A stretch of 53,381 nucleotides of DNA. It comes from an uncultured Desulfuromonadales bacterium (lineage in GTDB: Bacteria; Desulfobacterota; Desulfuromonadia; Desulfuromonadales; CAZYXS01). The notes under the pieces were generated by a model, which saw only the letters and a list, made by a program, of their open reading frames with translations, had not been told where the DNA came from and did not search any database. Every line of letters begins with the position of its first letter. Position 1 is the first letter of the stretch. The stretch is from NCBI GenBank assembly GCA_964650955.1, contig CAZYXS010000002.1, positions 1 through 53,381 of the forward strand, written 5' to 3'. Shown in pieces: positions 1-9,616 of this stretch. The position numbers were made by a program, and so were the translations under genes.

Positions 1-459
1 GGAGCCGCCGCGACCGAGGGTGGTGACGTTGCCTTCCTTGTCGACCCCCTGAAAACCGGCGACGATAAGAATCGTCCCGTTTTTCAGATCTTCCCGCATG
101 CTCTTGTCGTCGATCTTCTCGATGCGGGCCTTGGAAAAAACGCTGTCGGTAACGATGGGGATCTGGTGCCCCATGTAGCTCTTGGCCTTATAGCCCATGG
201 ACTGCAGGCACATGGCCAGCAGTGCGATGGTGACCTGCTCTCCGGTGGCAACCAGAACGTCGTATTCCCGCTCGCTGGGAAACTCGCACATTTCATTGGC
301 CATGGCCACCAGTTTGTTGGTCTCGCCCGACATGGCCGAGACGATTACCACCACATCGTTCCCGTCGTCGTAAGTCTTGGCGACGCGACGGGCCACATTG
401 CGAATCCGGTCGATGGTGCCAACCGATGTCCCACCGTACTTCTGCACAACGAGGGCCAT
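1..459 (-). CDS. lysC: aspartate kinase, N-terminal part (CDS runs off the window start)
   Basis: Not in the ORF track because it is open at the window edge. My reverse-complement translation from ATG (459-457) reads MALVVQKYGGTSVGTIDRIRNVARRVAKTYDDGNDVVVIVSAMSGETNKLV..., the canonical aspartokinase N-terminus (KYGGTS motif). An AAGGAGG RBS lies at 471-477 (minus-strand sense). Confidence 0.85.
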   Translation of the reverse strand, partial: MALVVQKYGGTSVGTIDRIRNVARRVAKTYDDGNDVVVIVSAMSGETNKLVAMANEMCEFPSEREYDVLVATGEQVTIALLAMCLQSMGYKAKSYMGHQIPIVTDSVFSKARIEKIDDKSMREDLKNGTILIVAGFQGVDKEGNVTTLGRGGS

Positions 460-484
460 AATTACCACATCCTCCTTTGGTCTG

Positions 485-508
485 AAAACGGCGGCCATCG
501 TGGCCGCC
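485..508 (-). terminator. possible intrinsic terminator downstream of lpdA
   Basis: The minus strand reads GGCGGCCA-CGA-TGGCCGCC (perfect 8-bp GC stem, 3-nt loop) followed by GUUUUCAGA. It starts 7 nt after the lpdA stop. The U-tract is short, so confidence is modest. Confidence 0.4.
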
Positions 509-515
509 GAACGCG

Positions 516-1931
516 TTATGACGACGCCGGGGCCTCCCCTCGCCCCTTGCGCGCCAGTTTATGCAGAGCCAGTCCGGCTACATCCTCGGCAGCTTCGAGC
601 AGGGCCTCGGGCAAGGTCGGGTGGGTGTGGATCACTTCCGAGAGTTGCTGGGCATCGAGCCCCTGCTGCATGGCCACCGCCGCTTCGGCAATCAGGGTCG
701 AGGCGCCAGCCCCGACCACGGTCACCCCGAGGATGCGGCCATCTTCACGGGCCGCTACCAGCTTGATATGGCCGGCGCTTTCGCCATCGCACAGGGCCTT
801 GCCCGAGGCGGAGAGACTGAAGCGACCAACCTCGACCTCTAGCCCATCGGCCTTGCACTGCTCTTCGGTGCGGCCGACCTGGGCCAGTTCCGGAAAGGTG
901 AAGACCACGCTCGGCAACACCGCCAGGTCGACCTGTTCATCCCCCCCCAGGGCATTGGCGACGGCTACTTCCGCCTGACGGCTGGCGACATGGGCCAGTT
1001 GCACACCGCCCGTCAGGTCGCCGATGGCGAAGATGCCAGCCACGTTGGTGCGCATACCGGCATCGACAGTCACCGCCCCTGCCCGGGTTGCCACTCCTGC
1101 CGCGTCCAGCCCGAGACCCTCGCTGTTGGGCTTGCGGCCGACGGCCACCAGCACCTTGGCCACCTGCAATTGCTGGCCGTCGGCGAGGCGCGCGGTGACC
1201 CCTGTGGGGCCAGGGGTCAAGGCTGCGACCTGGGTGCCGACCTGCAACGCCACCCCCAACTCGGCGAAGGTTTTCTCCACCTCCCGCACCGCCTGGCGGT
1301 CGGCGCCAGAGAGAATCTGGGGCATCTGTTCGACCAGGATCACCTGGGTGCCCAGGGCGGCAAAGATGGCGGCAAATTCGCAGCCGATGTAACCGCCCCC
1401 GATAATGAGCAGACGTTCAGGAAGCTCCTTCATAACAAGAATTTCATCACTGGTCAAAACATTTTTCCCGTCAATCGCGAGGGATTGCGGGCGCACGGGC
1501 ACAGCCCCGGTGGCCAGGATGATATTGCGGGCCTTGATGTGCCCAGTGACGTCGTCCCGGCGGATGCGCACCCGCCCCGGCCCTTCGAGCATCCCCCGCC
1601 CCCGGAAGACTTCCACCCCCCATCCCTTGAGCAGTTGTTCGATGCCGCCGACCAGTTTGGCCACCACCCCATCCTTGCGCGCCTGCATGCGGGCGAAATC
1701 AAGCTGGGGTTCCGCCACCTGGATGCCATGCTCCGCCGCTCCGCGCAGCTGCCGCAGCAGGTGGGCGGAGCTGTAGAGGGCCTTGGTAGGAATGCAGCCT
1801 CGATTGAGACAGGTGCCGCCGACGGTGTCCGCCTCCACCAGACAGACCCTGGCCCCCTGCTGGGCACCGCGGATGGCCGCGGCGTAGCCGCCGGGGCCGC
1901 CGCCGATAACGGCCAGATCGAATTCGATCAT
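516..1931 (-). CDS. lpdA: dihydrolipoyl dehydrogenase (E3 flavoprotein disulfide reductase)
   Basis: MIEFDLAVIGGGPGGYAAA (FAD GxGxxG) and GGTCLNRGCIPTK (redox-active CxxxxC), with full-length pyridine-nucleotide disulfide oxidoreductase architecture. I prefer ATG 1931 over the track start 1943: it makes an ATGA overlap with the tsaE stop and GGGAGGGA sits just upstream. Confidence 0.9.
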   Translation of the reverse strand: MIEFDLAVIGGGPGGYAAAIRGAQQGARVCLVEADTVGGTCLNRGCIPTKALYSSAHLLRQLRGAAEHGIQVAEPQLDFARMQARKDGVVAKLVGGIEQLLKGWGVEVFRGRGMLEGPGRVRIRRDDVTGHIKARNIILATGAVPVRPQSLAIDGKNVLTSDEILVMKELPERLLIIGGGYIGCEFAAIFAALGTQVILVEQMPQILSGADRQAVREVEKTFAELGVALQVGTQVAALTPGPTGVTARLADGQQLQVAKVLVAVGRKPNSEGLGLDAAGVATRAGAVTVDAGMRTNVAGIFAIGDLTGGVQLAHVASRQAEVAVANALGGDEQVDLAVLPSVVFTFPELAQVGRTEEQCKADGLEVEVGRFSLSASGKALCDGESAGHIKLVAAREDGRILGVTVVGAGASTLIAEAAVAMQQGLDAQQLSEVIHTHPTLPEALLEAAEDVAGLALHKLARKGRGEAPASS

Positions 1932-2407
1932 CGTCCCTCCCATGCCTGGGCCAGCCCTGCCAGCGCGGTTTCGGCCACGGTGCCGCGAGCCTGAAAATGC
2001 AGGCGCCGCTCCTCCGGCCCCGGCTGGCCGAAGCTGATTGTCAAGCCTTCACCGGCGATCCGGGCAAAACGGTCGGCCCACTCGATGACGGTGATGGCGA
2101 CCTGATCGAGGGTTTCCTCGAAGCCGAGGTCGATCAGGTCCTCCTCCTGCTGCAGGCGATAGAGGTCGAAATGGTTCAGTGCCAAGCGCCCGCGGTGCTG
2201 GTTGAGCAAAGTGTAGGAAGGGCTGGCCACCGGCTCCTCCTCCGGCACCCCGAGGCCGAGGGCCAAGCCTTGGGTCAGGCAGGTTTTCCCCGCCCCCAGG
2301 TCGCCGCACAGGCGGATGATCAGCGGCTCCCGCAACTGCTCGCCGAGCTTTCGACCGAGCAGGCGGGTTTCATCCGGTGTTCGGGTGGAGGCGTGCCAGC
2401 TCTGCAC
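1928..2407 (-). CDS. tsaE: tRNA t6A37 biosynthesis ATPase TsaE (YjeE)
   Basis: 159 aa. P-loop GDLGAGKTCLTQGLA and the downstream SPSYTL..Y....L.H.DLYRL pattern are typical of TsaE. It shows the classic synteny next to nnr (yjeF). Confidence 0.85.
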   Translation of the reverse strand: MQSWHASTRTPDETRLLGRKLGEQLREPLIIRLCGDLGAGKTCLTQGLALGLGVPEEEPVASPSYTLLNQHRGRLALNHFDLYRLQQEEDLIDLGFEETLDQVAITVIEWADRFARIAGEGLTISFGQPGPEERRLHFQARGTVAETALAGLAQAWEGR

Positions 2408-2411
2408 AGCG

Positions 2412-2861
2412 TTACCGGTTCATGGAGCGGATGATGTCCAGTCGGGCGACCACCCCCACCAGGGTCTTCCCATCCACCACAGGAACCAGGTGCGCCTTGT
2501 GTTCCACCATCAGCTCGGCGATGTCGCTGACCGGGGTCTCCGGGGAGCAGGTCACCACCTCCCGGGAGCAAAGGGATCCGACGGTGCGGGCGGTGATCTT
2601 GTCCACCTGTTCCTTGAAGTTCTTTTCGCTCTCCAGGTAGATCACCCAGTCGAAGATGCTGATCACCGTGGGGATGTGCAAAGGCTTGTCCTGTTCCACG
2701 AGGTCGGTCTGGGTGACGATTCCCACCAGGTGGCCGGACTCGTCCAGCACGGGCATGGCATTGACCCCCCGCTCGTCGAAAAGTCGGGCCAGTTCTTCTA
2801 CGCCTGTATCTTCCTGCACGGAGAGGACTTTGGTGGTCATGATGTCTTTGGCTTTAAGCAT
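2412..2861 (-). CDS. CBS-pair domain protein
   Basis: 149 aa with two CBS repeats (IMTTKVLSVQEDT...AMPVLDESGHLVGIVTQTDL and ...VVTCSPETPVSDIAELMVEHKAHLVPVVDGKTLVGVVARLDI). Confidence 0.85.
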   Translation of the reverse strand: MLKAKDIMTTKVLSVQEDTGVEELARLFDERGVNAMPVLDESGHLVGIVTQTDLVEQDKPLHIPTVISIFDWVIYLESEKNFKEQVDKITARTVGSLCSREVVTCSPETPVSDIAELMVEHKAHLVPVVDGKTLVGVVARLDIIRSMNR

Positions 2862-4422
2862 GGGACCCTCCTTGTTGAGTCAGTTCATGGCGCACGGCGG
2901 GCAGGGCACGGGCCAGGTCGGAGGCGCACAGGCCGGCCACCCCCTGCTCCCGCCCGAGGTGCTCGGCGGCCCGGCCGTGCAGGTAAACGCCGAGCACGGC
3001 GGCCGCCAGGGGCTCCAGCCCCTGGGCCAGCAGGCCACCGAGCAGGCCGGTGAGCACGTCGCCGCTGCCGCCGCTGGCCAGGCCGGGGGTGCCGCTGGAG
3101 TTGACGAAGATTTCCCCTTCCGGGCTGGCCACCAGGGTGCGTGCCCCCTTGAGGACCAACACGACCTGATGGTGCATGGCGAACTCGCGGGCGGTCGCCA
3201 CCCGATCGGCTTCTATTGCGGCGATGGAACGGCCGCACAAGCGTGCCATTTCCCCAGGGTGCGGGGTCAGGATGGTGCCCCGGCCCCGCCGCTGCTGCAA
3301 GAGTTCCGGCTGGTCGGCAAGGGCATTCAGGCCGTCCGCATCGAGCACCAGCGGCAGCGGGTACTCGACCAGCACCCGGCGCGCCAGGGCGCGGGCCTCT
3401 TCCCCCTCGCCCAGGCCTGGCCCCAGGGCCAGGGAGGCTTTCCCCGCCCAGAGGGCCCGCAATTCCCCCAGAGCGGCTTGGACAAGCTGGCCGTCGTGCT
3501 CGGCCAGGGGCGCGCTCATCGCTTCGAGCAGGGTCTGGACGATCACCGGCAGCAGGGAGGCCGGACCGGCAACGGTGACCAGGCCGACTCCGCTGCGCAG
3601 GCCACCGGCGGCGCTCAGGGCCAGCGCGCCGGACTTGCCGCGGCTGCCACCGACCAGAAGCAAATGTCCGAAAGTCCCCTTGTGGCCGGTTACCGGCCGG
3701 GGGGGGAGCAACGCCGCCGCCTCGGCGGCTTCCACCAGGGTATGGCGCTCGGCGGGAGGTAGCACCGGGGTCGGGGGCAGGCCGATTTCGACCACTTCCA
3801 GTGCCCCGCAGTGCAGCGCCCCGGGATGCAGCATCTGCCCGAGCTTGGCGGCACCGAAGGTGACGGTGGCGTCCGCCTGCACCGCGCAACCGAGCACCTG
3901 ACCGCTGGTGGCGTCAACTCCCGAGGGAATATCAAGGGCGAAAACCGGTACGCCGCAGCTGTTGAGCCAGGCGATGGCCTGCGCGTAGCGCCCCTGCACC
4001 GCGCTGGCGAGGCCGGTGCCGAGCAGGGCATCCACCGCCAAAGCGAATCCGGGCTGGCCGGCAAGGCCCTGGTCCTGAGCGGCTGCGTCGGCAAGGAAGC
4101 TGACCTCGCCGCCGCAGCGCTGCAGCAGTTGCAGATGCAGAGCGGCTTCCCCTTCCAGCGCGGCGGCCGGTGCCAGCACCATTGTCCGCACCTGCCAACC
4201 AGCAGCCAGCAAGGTGCGAGCGACCACATAGCCGTCACCGCCGTTGTTCCCTTTGCCGCACAATACCAGCACCGGGCCTGGATGCAACTGGCGGTAGCGC
4301 CGTTGCAGCACCGCCGCTGCGGCCCGGCCGGCGTTCTCCATCAGCAGCGCCCCGGGGAGACCGATTTCGTCGATGGCATGGCGGTCAAGGGCCCGCATCT
4401 GCGCGGCGGTCAGCAGCTTCAT
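2854..4422 (-). CDS. nnr: bifunctional NAD(P)H-hydrate epimerase / ADP-dependent dehydratase
   Basis: 522 aa. The N-terminal YjeF_N part has GKGNNGGDGYVVAR. The C-terminal carbohydrate-kinase-like part has HKGTFGHLLLVGGS...GSGDVLTG. Confidence 0.9.
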   Translation of the reverse strand: MKLLTAAQMRALDRHAIDEIGLPGALLMENAGRAAAAVLQRRYRQLHPGPVLVLCGKGNNGGDGYVVARTLLAAGWQVRTMVLAPAAALEGEAALHLQLLQRCGGEVSFLADAAAQDQGLAGQPGFALAVDALLGTGLASAVQGRYAQAIAWLNSCGVPVFALDIPSGVDATSGQVLGCAVQADATVTFGAAKLGQMLHPGALHCGALEVVEIGLPPTPVLPPAERHTLVEAAEAAALLPPRPVTGHKGTFGHLLLVGGSRGKSGALALSAAGGLRSGVGLVTVAGPASLLPVIVQTLLEAMSAPLAEHDGQLVQAALGELRALWAGKASLALGPGLGEGEEARALARRVLVEYPLPLVLDADGLNALADQPELLQQRRGRGTILTPHPGEMARLCGRSIAAIEADRVATAREFAMHHQVVLVLKGARTLVASPEGEIFVNSSGTPGLASGGSGDVLTGLLGGLLAQGLEPLAAAVLGVYLHGRAAEHLGREQGVAGLCASDLARALPAVRHELTQQGGSHA

Positions 4423-4802
4423 GGTCGCTCCAGAATCACCGTAGCGAAGGCATAATCGCCATCATGGCTGTAGGACAGATGCCAGGTCTCAATCCCCCGC
4501 TCGGCGAGGATTTCTGCGGCGCGGCCGGTCACCCGCAGGGAGGGAGCACCCAGTTCATCCCTCACGACTTCAATATCCTGCCAGCTGATCCCCTCCCGCA
4601 GCCCCAGGCCGAGGGCCTTGAGAAACGCCTCCTTGCTGGCGAAGCGGGCGGCCAGGTGGGGGGAGGGGTCTTTCTTGGCCAAGGCATAGGCCTGCTCTCC
4701 GGGGGAAAACAGGCGATCGAGCAGCCCCTGCTTCCCCTCCGCGACGAAGCGCCGGAAGCGGCTGACCTGGGCGACGTCGACCCCGAGGCCGGCCACCGCC
4801 AT
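4419..4802 (-). CDS. acpS: holo-[acyl-carrier-protein] synthase
   Basis: 127 aa. GLGVDVAQVSRF...FSPGEQAY...RFASKEAFLKALG...SYSHDGDYAFA is the AcpS pattern. ATGA overlap with the nnr start. Confidence 0.9.
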   Translation of the reverse strand: MAVAGLGVDVAQVSRFRRFVAEGKQGLLDRLFSPGEQAYALAKKDPSPHLAARFASKEAFLKALGLGLREGISWQDIEVVRDELGAPSLRVTGRAAEILAERGIETWHLSYSHDGDYAFATVILERP

Positions 4803-4803
4803 C

Positions 4804-5526
4804 TCAGCCCCCCCGCACCAGCGCGGCCATCTCCCGCACCGCCCGTTCCAGGCCGACCAGCACCGCCCGAGAGACGATGCTGTGGCCGATATTGAACTCC
4901 TCGATGCCCCCCAGAGCCACCACCGACCTTATGTTCTGGTAGTTGAGCCCGTGGCCTGCGTTGACGCCGAGGCCGATGCGGTGGCCGAGATGCACGGCGG
5001 TTTCGATCTTGTGCAGTTCTGCCCGGACGCTCTGGGGCGCAACCACCTCGCAGTAGGTTCCGGTGTGGATTTCGATGTAATCGGCGCCGGCCTGCTGGCT
5101 GGCCTCGATCTGGCCGGGGTCGGCGTCGACGAACAGGCTGACGATAATCCCGGCCTCTTTAAGCCGCGCAATCTGAGGCTCGAGCAGGTTGCGCTGACCA
5201 CAGACATCCAGCCCCCCTTCGGTGGTCAGCTCCTGGCGCTTCTCCGGCACCAGGGTGACGCAGTCGGGCCTGACCCGCAGGGCGATGGCGACCATCTCCT
5301 CGGTGGCGGCCATTTCCAGGTTGAGGCGGGTCTTGATGGTCTGGCGCAGCAGTTCCACATCCCGGTCCTGGATGTGCCTGCGGTCCTCCCGCAGATGTAC
5401 GGTGATGCCATCCGCCCCGCCGAGTTCCGCCAGGGCCGCCGCGGTGACCGGGTCGGGCTCGATGGTTCCCCGAGCCTGGCGCACAGTGGCCACATGGTCG
5501 ATATTGACGCCGAGTTTCGCCTTCAC
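4804..5526 (-). CDS. pdxJ: pyridoxine 5'-phosphate synthase
   Basis: 240 aa. [16 protein letters not shown]...[17 protein letters not shown]...EIHTG.Y...NAGHGLNY are PdxJ signature stretches. Confidence 0.93.
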   Translation of the reverse strand: MKAKLGVNIDHVATVRQARGTIEPDPVTAAALAELGGADGITVHLREDRRHIQDRDVELLRQTIKTRLNLEMAATEEMVAIALRVRPDCVTLVPEKRQELTTEGGLDVCGQRNLLEPQIARLKEAGIIVSLFVDADPGQIEASQQAGADYIEIHTGTYCEVVAPQSVRAELHKIETAVHLGHRIGLGVNAGHGLNYQNIRSVVALGGIEEFNIGHSIVSRAVLVGLERAVREMAALVRGG

Positions 5527-6897
5527 TTAATGCTTCTCCTTCGCACCCAGCTGGGTCTCGATGGCCCCGGCAATCTCCTGAGCCATTTCGGTGATCTGGT
5601 ACTTATCCTGCCCTTCGATCATCACCCGCAGCAACGGCTCGGTGCCGGAGTAACGCACGAGGACCCGGCCGGTGTCGCCGAGGCGCTCCTCGATCGAGGC
5701 GATCACCTTCTGCACCGCCGGCACCTCCTCCAGCGGCTTGCGCTCCTCCACCCGGACATTGACCAGCACCTGCGGCAGGGAGATCATCACCCCCGCCAGG
5801 TCGGCCAGACTGCGGCCGCTGCGTTGCATGATCGCCAGCACCTGCAGCGCCGAAATCATGCCGTCGCCGGTGGTGTTGTGATCGAGGAAGATCATGTGGC
5901 CGGACTGTTCTCCTCCCAGATTGTAACCGTGCCGGAGCATTTCCTCCACCACGTAGCGGTCGCCGACGGCGGTCTTGACCACCTTGCCGCCGGCCTTGCG
6001 CAGGGCGATATCCAGCCCCATGTTGCTCATCACCGTGGCCACCAGGGTTTTTTTCGCCAACCGCTCCTGCTGGAGCATGTCGATGGCGCAGATGGCCATG
6101 ATATGATCGCCATCGACTTCGTTGCCGAATTCGTCGACGAAGATCACCCGGTCGGCGTCGCCGTCGAGGGCAATCCCCAGATGAGCCCGGTTGGCCACCA
6201 CCGCCTCGGCCAGCAATTCAGGGTGCAGGGAACCGCAGTTTGCATTGATGTTGGTGCCGTTAGGAGAAACCCCCATGGGAATGACCTGAGCGCCCAGTTC
6301 TTCGAGCACCGCCGGAGCCACCCGATAGGCAGCGCCGTTGGCGCAGTCGAGGACGATCTTCAAACCGTGCAGGTCGAGGTCCTTGGGGAAGCTGTTTTTC
6401 AGAAACACCACGTAACGCCCCCGGGCGTCGTCCAGGCGGAAGGCCTTGCCGACTTCCGAGGCGATCGGCCGCAGCGACTCGATTTTTTTTGAGAAGATCA
6501 GGTCCTCCAGTTCCAACTCCACCTCGTCGGGCAGCTTGAATCCGTCCTTGGAGAAAAACTTGATGCCATTGTCCTGATAGGCATTGTGGGATGCGGAAAT
6601 TACGACCCCGGCGTCGGCCCGCATCGACGCGGTGATGTAGGCGATGCCGGGGGTCGGCAGCGGCCCGACCTGCAGCACATCGACCCCCATGGAGCAGATG
6701 CCTGCCACCAAGGCGTTCTCCAGCATGTACCCGGAGAGCCGGGTATCCTTGCCGATGACGATGCGGTGGCGGCGATTGCCCCCCTTCATGAAGGTATAGG
6801 CAGCGGCCCGACCGAGCTGCAACGCCATCTCGGTGGTCATGGGATAGATGTTGGCGACCCCACGCACCCCGTCGGTGCCGAACAGTTTCTTTTTCAT
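5527..6897 (-). CDS. glmM: phosphoglucosamine mutase
   Basis: 456 aa. LFGTDGVRG, the active-site [16 protein letters not shown] and GGEQSGH are GlmM/alpha-D-phosphohexomutase motifs. Confidence 0.95.
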   Translation of the reverse strand: MKKKLFGTDGVRGVANIYPMTTEMALQLGRAAAYTFMKGGNRRHRIVIGKDTRLSGYMLENALVAGICSMGVDVLQVGPLPTPGIAYITASMRADAGVVISASHNAYQDNGIKFFSKDGFKLPDEVELELEDLIFSKKIESLRPIASEVGKAFRLDDARGRYVVFLKNSFPKDLDLHGLKIVLDCANGAAYRVAPAVLEELGAQVIPMGVSPNGTNINANCGSLHPELLAEAVVANRAHLGIALDGDADRVIFVDEFGNEVDGDHIMAICAIDMLQQERLAKKTLVATVMSNMGLDIALRKAGGKVVKTAVGDRYVVEEMLRHGYNLGGEQSGHMIFLDHNTTGDGMISALQVLAIMQRSGRSLADLAGVMISLPQVLVNVRVEERKPLEEVPAVQKVIASIEERLGDTGRVLVRYSGTEPLLRVMIEGQDKYQITEMAQEIAGAIETQLGAKEKH

Positions 6898-7580
6898 GGA
6901 TTCTGACTCCCGGTTATGGATTCACCCGCTGCCGCGGGCGGAGCGGTGACGGTTACCCGAACGTCCGCAGTCTGGTTATCTTTGAGCGAAGTGAAGCGGC
7001 CGCGGAAATTGAGCGGCACCACGATGCTGAAACTCTCCCGCACCCCCTCCAGGCTGACCGCCTCGGTCACCACCTCGCTGATGTCCTTGATTTCCCCCTC
7101 GGCCCCGGTCACCACAACCGTCTCGGGCAGCACGGCAACCCGCTCCACCGTCACCCCTTCAGGGGGTTTCCCGATCAGAGTCGCCACCACAGGCACGGTC
7201 TTCTCCTTGAGCCGGTCGAGCTTGACGTCGATGAAGGAAGGGGAAATCCGGGTCACCTTGAGGGCGCTGGGGATGTTGAGCCGTTCCTCCAGCCGCTTGA
7301 AGGAGGTCAGGCCCGGCTGCAGGTCCTTGAGATCGACGGCGATGCTGACATCGCTTGGCCGCAGGTTCATCAGCAAGGTGCGCGGGCCGCTGATGCGCAC
7401 GTCTACCACCGTGGGAACCTCGTTGGCAACCAGCAACCCCGGGGGGAGGTTGCGCAGTTCCAGCGGGATGGCGTACCCCACCTCGAGCTTGCGTTCCCCC
7501 ATGACGAAAAACCACAGGATCAACGCGAACACCACGGAGAGGATCTTCAAAAACCAGTTCTGGGCAAGGCTGGCGAGCAT
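6894..7580 (-). CDS. cdaR: YbbR-domain protein (CdaR-type regulator of diadenylate cyclase)
   Basis: 228 aa with one N-terminal TM helix followed by YbbR-like repeats. It sits between cdaA and glmM as in the conserved cdaA-cdaR-glmM module and overlaps glmM by 4 nt. Confidence 0.75.
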   Translation of the reverse strand: MLASLAQNWFLKILSVVFALILWFFVMGERKLEVGYAIPLELRNLPPGLLVANEVPTVVDVRISGPRTLLMNLRPSDVSIAVDLKDLQPGLTSFKRLEERLNIPSALKVTRISPSFIDVKLDRLKEKTVPVVATLIGKPPEGVTVERVAVLPETVVVTGAEGEIKDISEVVTEAVSLEGVRESFSIVVPLNFRGRFTSLKDNQTADVRVTVTAPPAAAGESITGSQNP

Positions 7581-7582
7581 GG

Positions 7583-8362
7583 CTATTTCTTCTTCTTTTT
7601 GGCGGTTCGAGGCTCCAGCAACCGGGTCAGGACCCGCTTGAGGGAGACCGAATCCAGATCACGGGTGATCCTCCCCCCCACCACGACTCCGATTTTGCCC
7701 GTCTCCTCAGACACGATGATGCCGACGGCATCCACCAGCTCGGTGAGACCGATGGCGGCTCGGTGGCGGGTACCGAGAGTTTTGCTGACATCGGGATTCT
7801 GGGTCAGGGGAAGAAAACAGCCGGCCCGCTTGAGCCGCCCCTGCTGAATGACCAGGGCACCGTCGTGAATCGGGCTGTAGGGCAAGAAGATGGAGGTGAT
7901 CAGGTCGCTGGAAACCTTGGCGTCGATCTCCACCCCGACCTCGAGGAAGTCCTTCAGCCCCATCTCCCGCTCGATCACGATCAGAGCGCCGATGCGCTTG
8001 CTGGCCATGTTGACGCAGGCCTTGACCAGCTCATCCATGACCTCGGTCTCTTCCTGGTAGGAGAGGTCGGCGAAAAAGGGGTTGCGACCGACGTGGATCA
8101 AGGCCCGGCGGATGTCGTTCTGGAACAGCACGACGATCACCAGGATGATGGAGGAGAGGAAATTGTCCAGCAGCCAGTGCAGGGTGTAGAGCCCCCCCAC
8201 CTGGGAGGCAACGTAGACGCCGAGGATCACCGCCAGGCCGAGCAGCATCTGCACCGCTCGCGTCCCCTTGATCAGCAGCAGGATGCGGTAGATGATGAAG
8301 GCCACCAGGGCCACATCGAGCAGGTCGAGCAACCAGCGGAAATTTTTTAACGCCTCGAACAT
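7583..8362 (-). CDS. cdaA: diadenylate cyclase CdaA (c-di-AMP synthase)
   Basis: 259 aa. Three N-terminal TM helices, then a DisA_N/DAC domain with GALIVIE, the HDGA(L)V 'DGA' motif and the GTRHRAA 'RHR' motif. Confidence 0.9.
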   Translation of the reverse strand: MFEALKNFRWLLDLLDVALVAFIIYRILLLIKGTRAVQMLLGLAVILGVYVASQVGGLYTLHWLLDNFLSSIILVIVVLFQNDIRRALIHVGRNPFFADLSYQEETEVMDELVKACVNMASKRIGALIVIEREMGLKDFLEVGVEIDAKVSSDLITSIFLPYSPIHDGALVIQQGRLKRAGCFLPLTQNPDVSKTLGTRHRAAIGLTELVDAVGIIVSEETGKIGVVVGGRITRDLDSVSLKRVLTRLLEPRTAKKKKK

Positions 8363-8398
8363 GCTCCCCCTGCGACTGCCAATACAAACGCCTGCGGA

Positions 8399-9616
8399 TC
8401 AGGGCGACGGCAGTTCCCCCCGACTCACCGCCCAAGCCAGCAACGCCGCCTCCCGTGCCGCCCGCACGTCGTGCACCCGGAAGATCTGCGCTCCCCGCTC
8501 CACCCCGAGGGCTACGGTGCCCAGGGTGCCGAAGAGCCGCTCGCCGGGATCGGCCTGCCCCAGCACTCTGCCGATAAAACTCTTGCGGGAGGTTCCCAGC
8601 AGCACCGGGCAACCCAGGCTCTGCAACTCCCGCAACCGTTGCAGCAACAGGAGGTTGCCGGCTGCATCCTTGCCGAAGCCGATGCCCGGATCGACGGCAA
8701 TCTTTTCTCTTGGCACTCCGGCCGCAACCGCCTGCGCAACAGCACCACCCAGAAAGGCGATCACATCGCCGAGCAGATCGTCATATCCGGTTTCCTGCTG
8801 CATGACCTGGGGACGCCCCCGGGTGTGCATGAGAAACAACCCGGCTCCGCCTTGAGCCGCCGCCACAGCGAGGCCGGGGTCAAAGCTCAGGCCGCTGATA
8901 TCGTTGAGGAAGTGGGCACCGGCAGCGACCGCGGCGCGGGCCACTTCGCTCTTGGTGGTATCGACGGACAGGGGCAGATCGATTTCGCGGCGCAGTGCTT
9001 CGACCACCGGGATCACCCGGTCCAGTTCTTCACGGGCACTCACCGGGGGTGCTCCGGGGCGGGTGCTCTCCCCCCCCAGGTCGATCAAGTCGGCACCTTC
9101 CCGCACCATTTCCTGTGCCCGGCGCAGGGCCTGGTCCCGCTTCTGGTAGCGGCCACCGTCGGAAAAGGAATCGGGAGTGAGATTGAGCACCCCCATGATG
9201 CGGGGGCGGTCCAGCGCCAGGGTGCAGTCGCGCCCCTGCAGAGAGGTGGGCGCGTGATCGATGGCGGCCAGCAGCCCCCTGAGATCATCCGCCAATTCAC
9301 GCAGGCCGAAGGGTTGGTGGGGAAGGCGTTCGCAGAGTTGCCGCAACTGCTTGAGTGAGCCGATCAGCACGACATCGGTCTCGGGGATGGAGCAGGCCAC
9401 CGTCCCGCGCGCCACGGCGGCGTCGGCGCCCAGGGCCAGCATCTCCTGTTTCAGGACATTGGCGGCCCGACAAGGAACGGCGCTCAGATGTACCAGACGC
9501 CGAACCATCTTGGCCGCCATGCGGGCAACCCCGGCCGGATCGGCGCCCAACTCCTGAATGACCCGCCCGGCCGCCGCCTCGCTCTCGACCCAGAGCAGCC
9601 TCGGCGCGAACCCCAT
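8399..9616 (-). CDS. folP: dihydropteroate synthase with ~120-aa N-terminal extension
   Basis: The C-terminal ~280 aa has IMGVLNLTPDSFSDGG, DLIDLGGESTRPGA and GTSRKSF (pterin-binding DHPS). The N-terminal ~120 aa is an additional domain of unclear role. Confidence 0.9.
   Translation of the reverse strand: MGFAPRLLWVESEAAAGRVIQELGADPAGVARMAAKMVRRLVHLSAVPCRAANVLKQEMLALGADAAVARGTVACSIPETDVVLIGSLKQLRQLCERLPHQPFGLRELADDLRGLLAAIDHAPTSLQGRDCTLALDRPRIMGVLNLTPDSFSDGGRYQKRDQALRRAQEMVREGADLIDLGGESTRPGAPPVSAREELDRVIPVVEALRREIDLPLSVDTTKSEVARAAVAAGAHFLNDISGLSFDPGLAVAAAQGGAGLFLMHTRGRPQVMQQETGYDDLLGDVIAFLGGAVAQAVAAGVPREKIAVDPGIGFGKDAAGNLLLLQRLRELQSLGCPVLLGTSRKSFIGRVLGQADPGERLFGTLGTVALGVERGAQIFRVHDVRAAREAALLAWAVSRGELPSP

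Noticed and set aside
4882-6492. 536-aa ORF on the plus strand
   Set aside because: It is antisense to pdxJ and glmM, both unambiguous. Its composition is typical of a GC-rich antisense frame.
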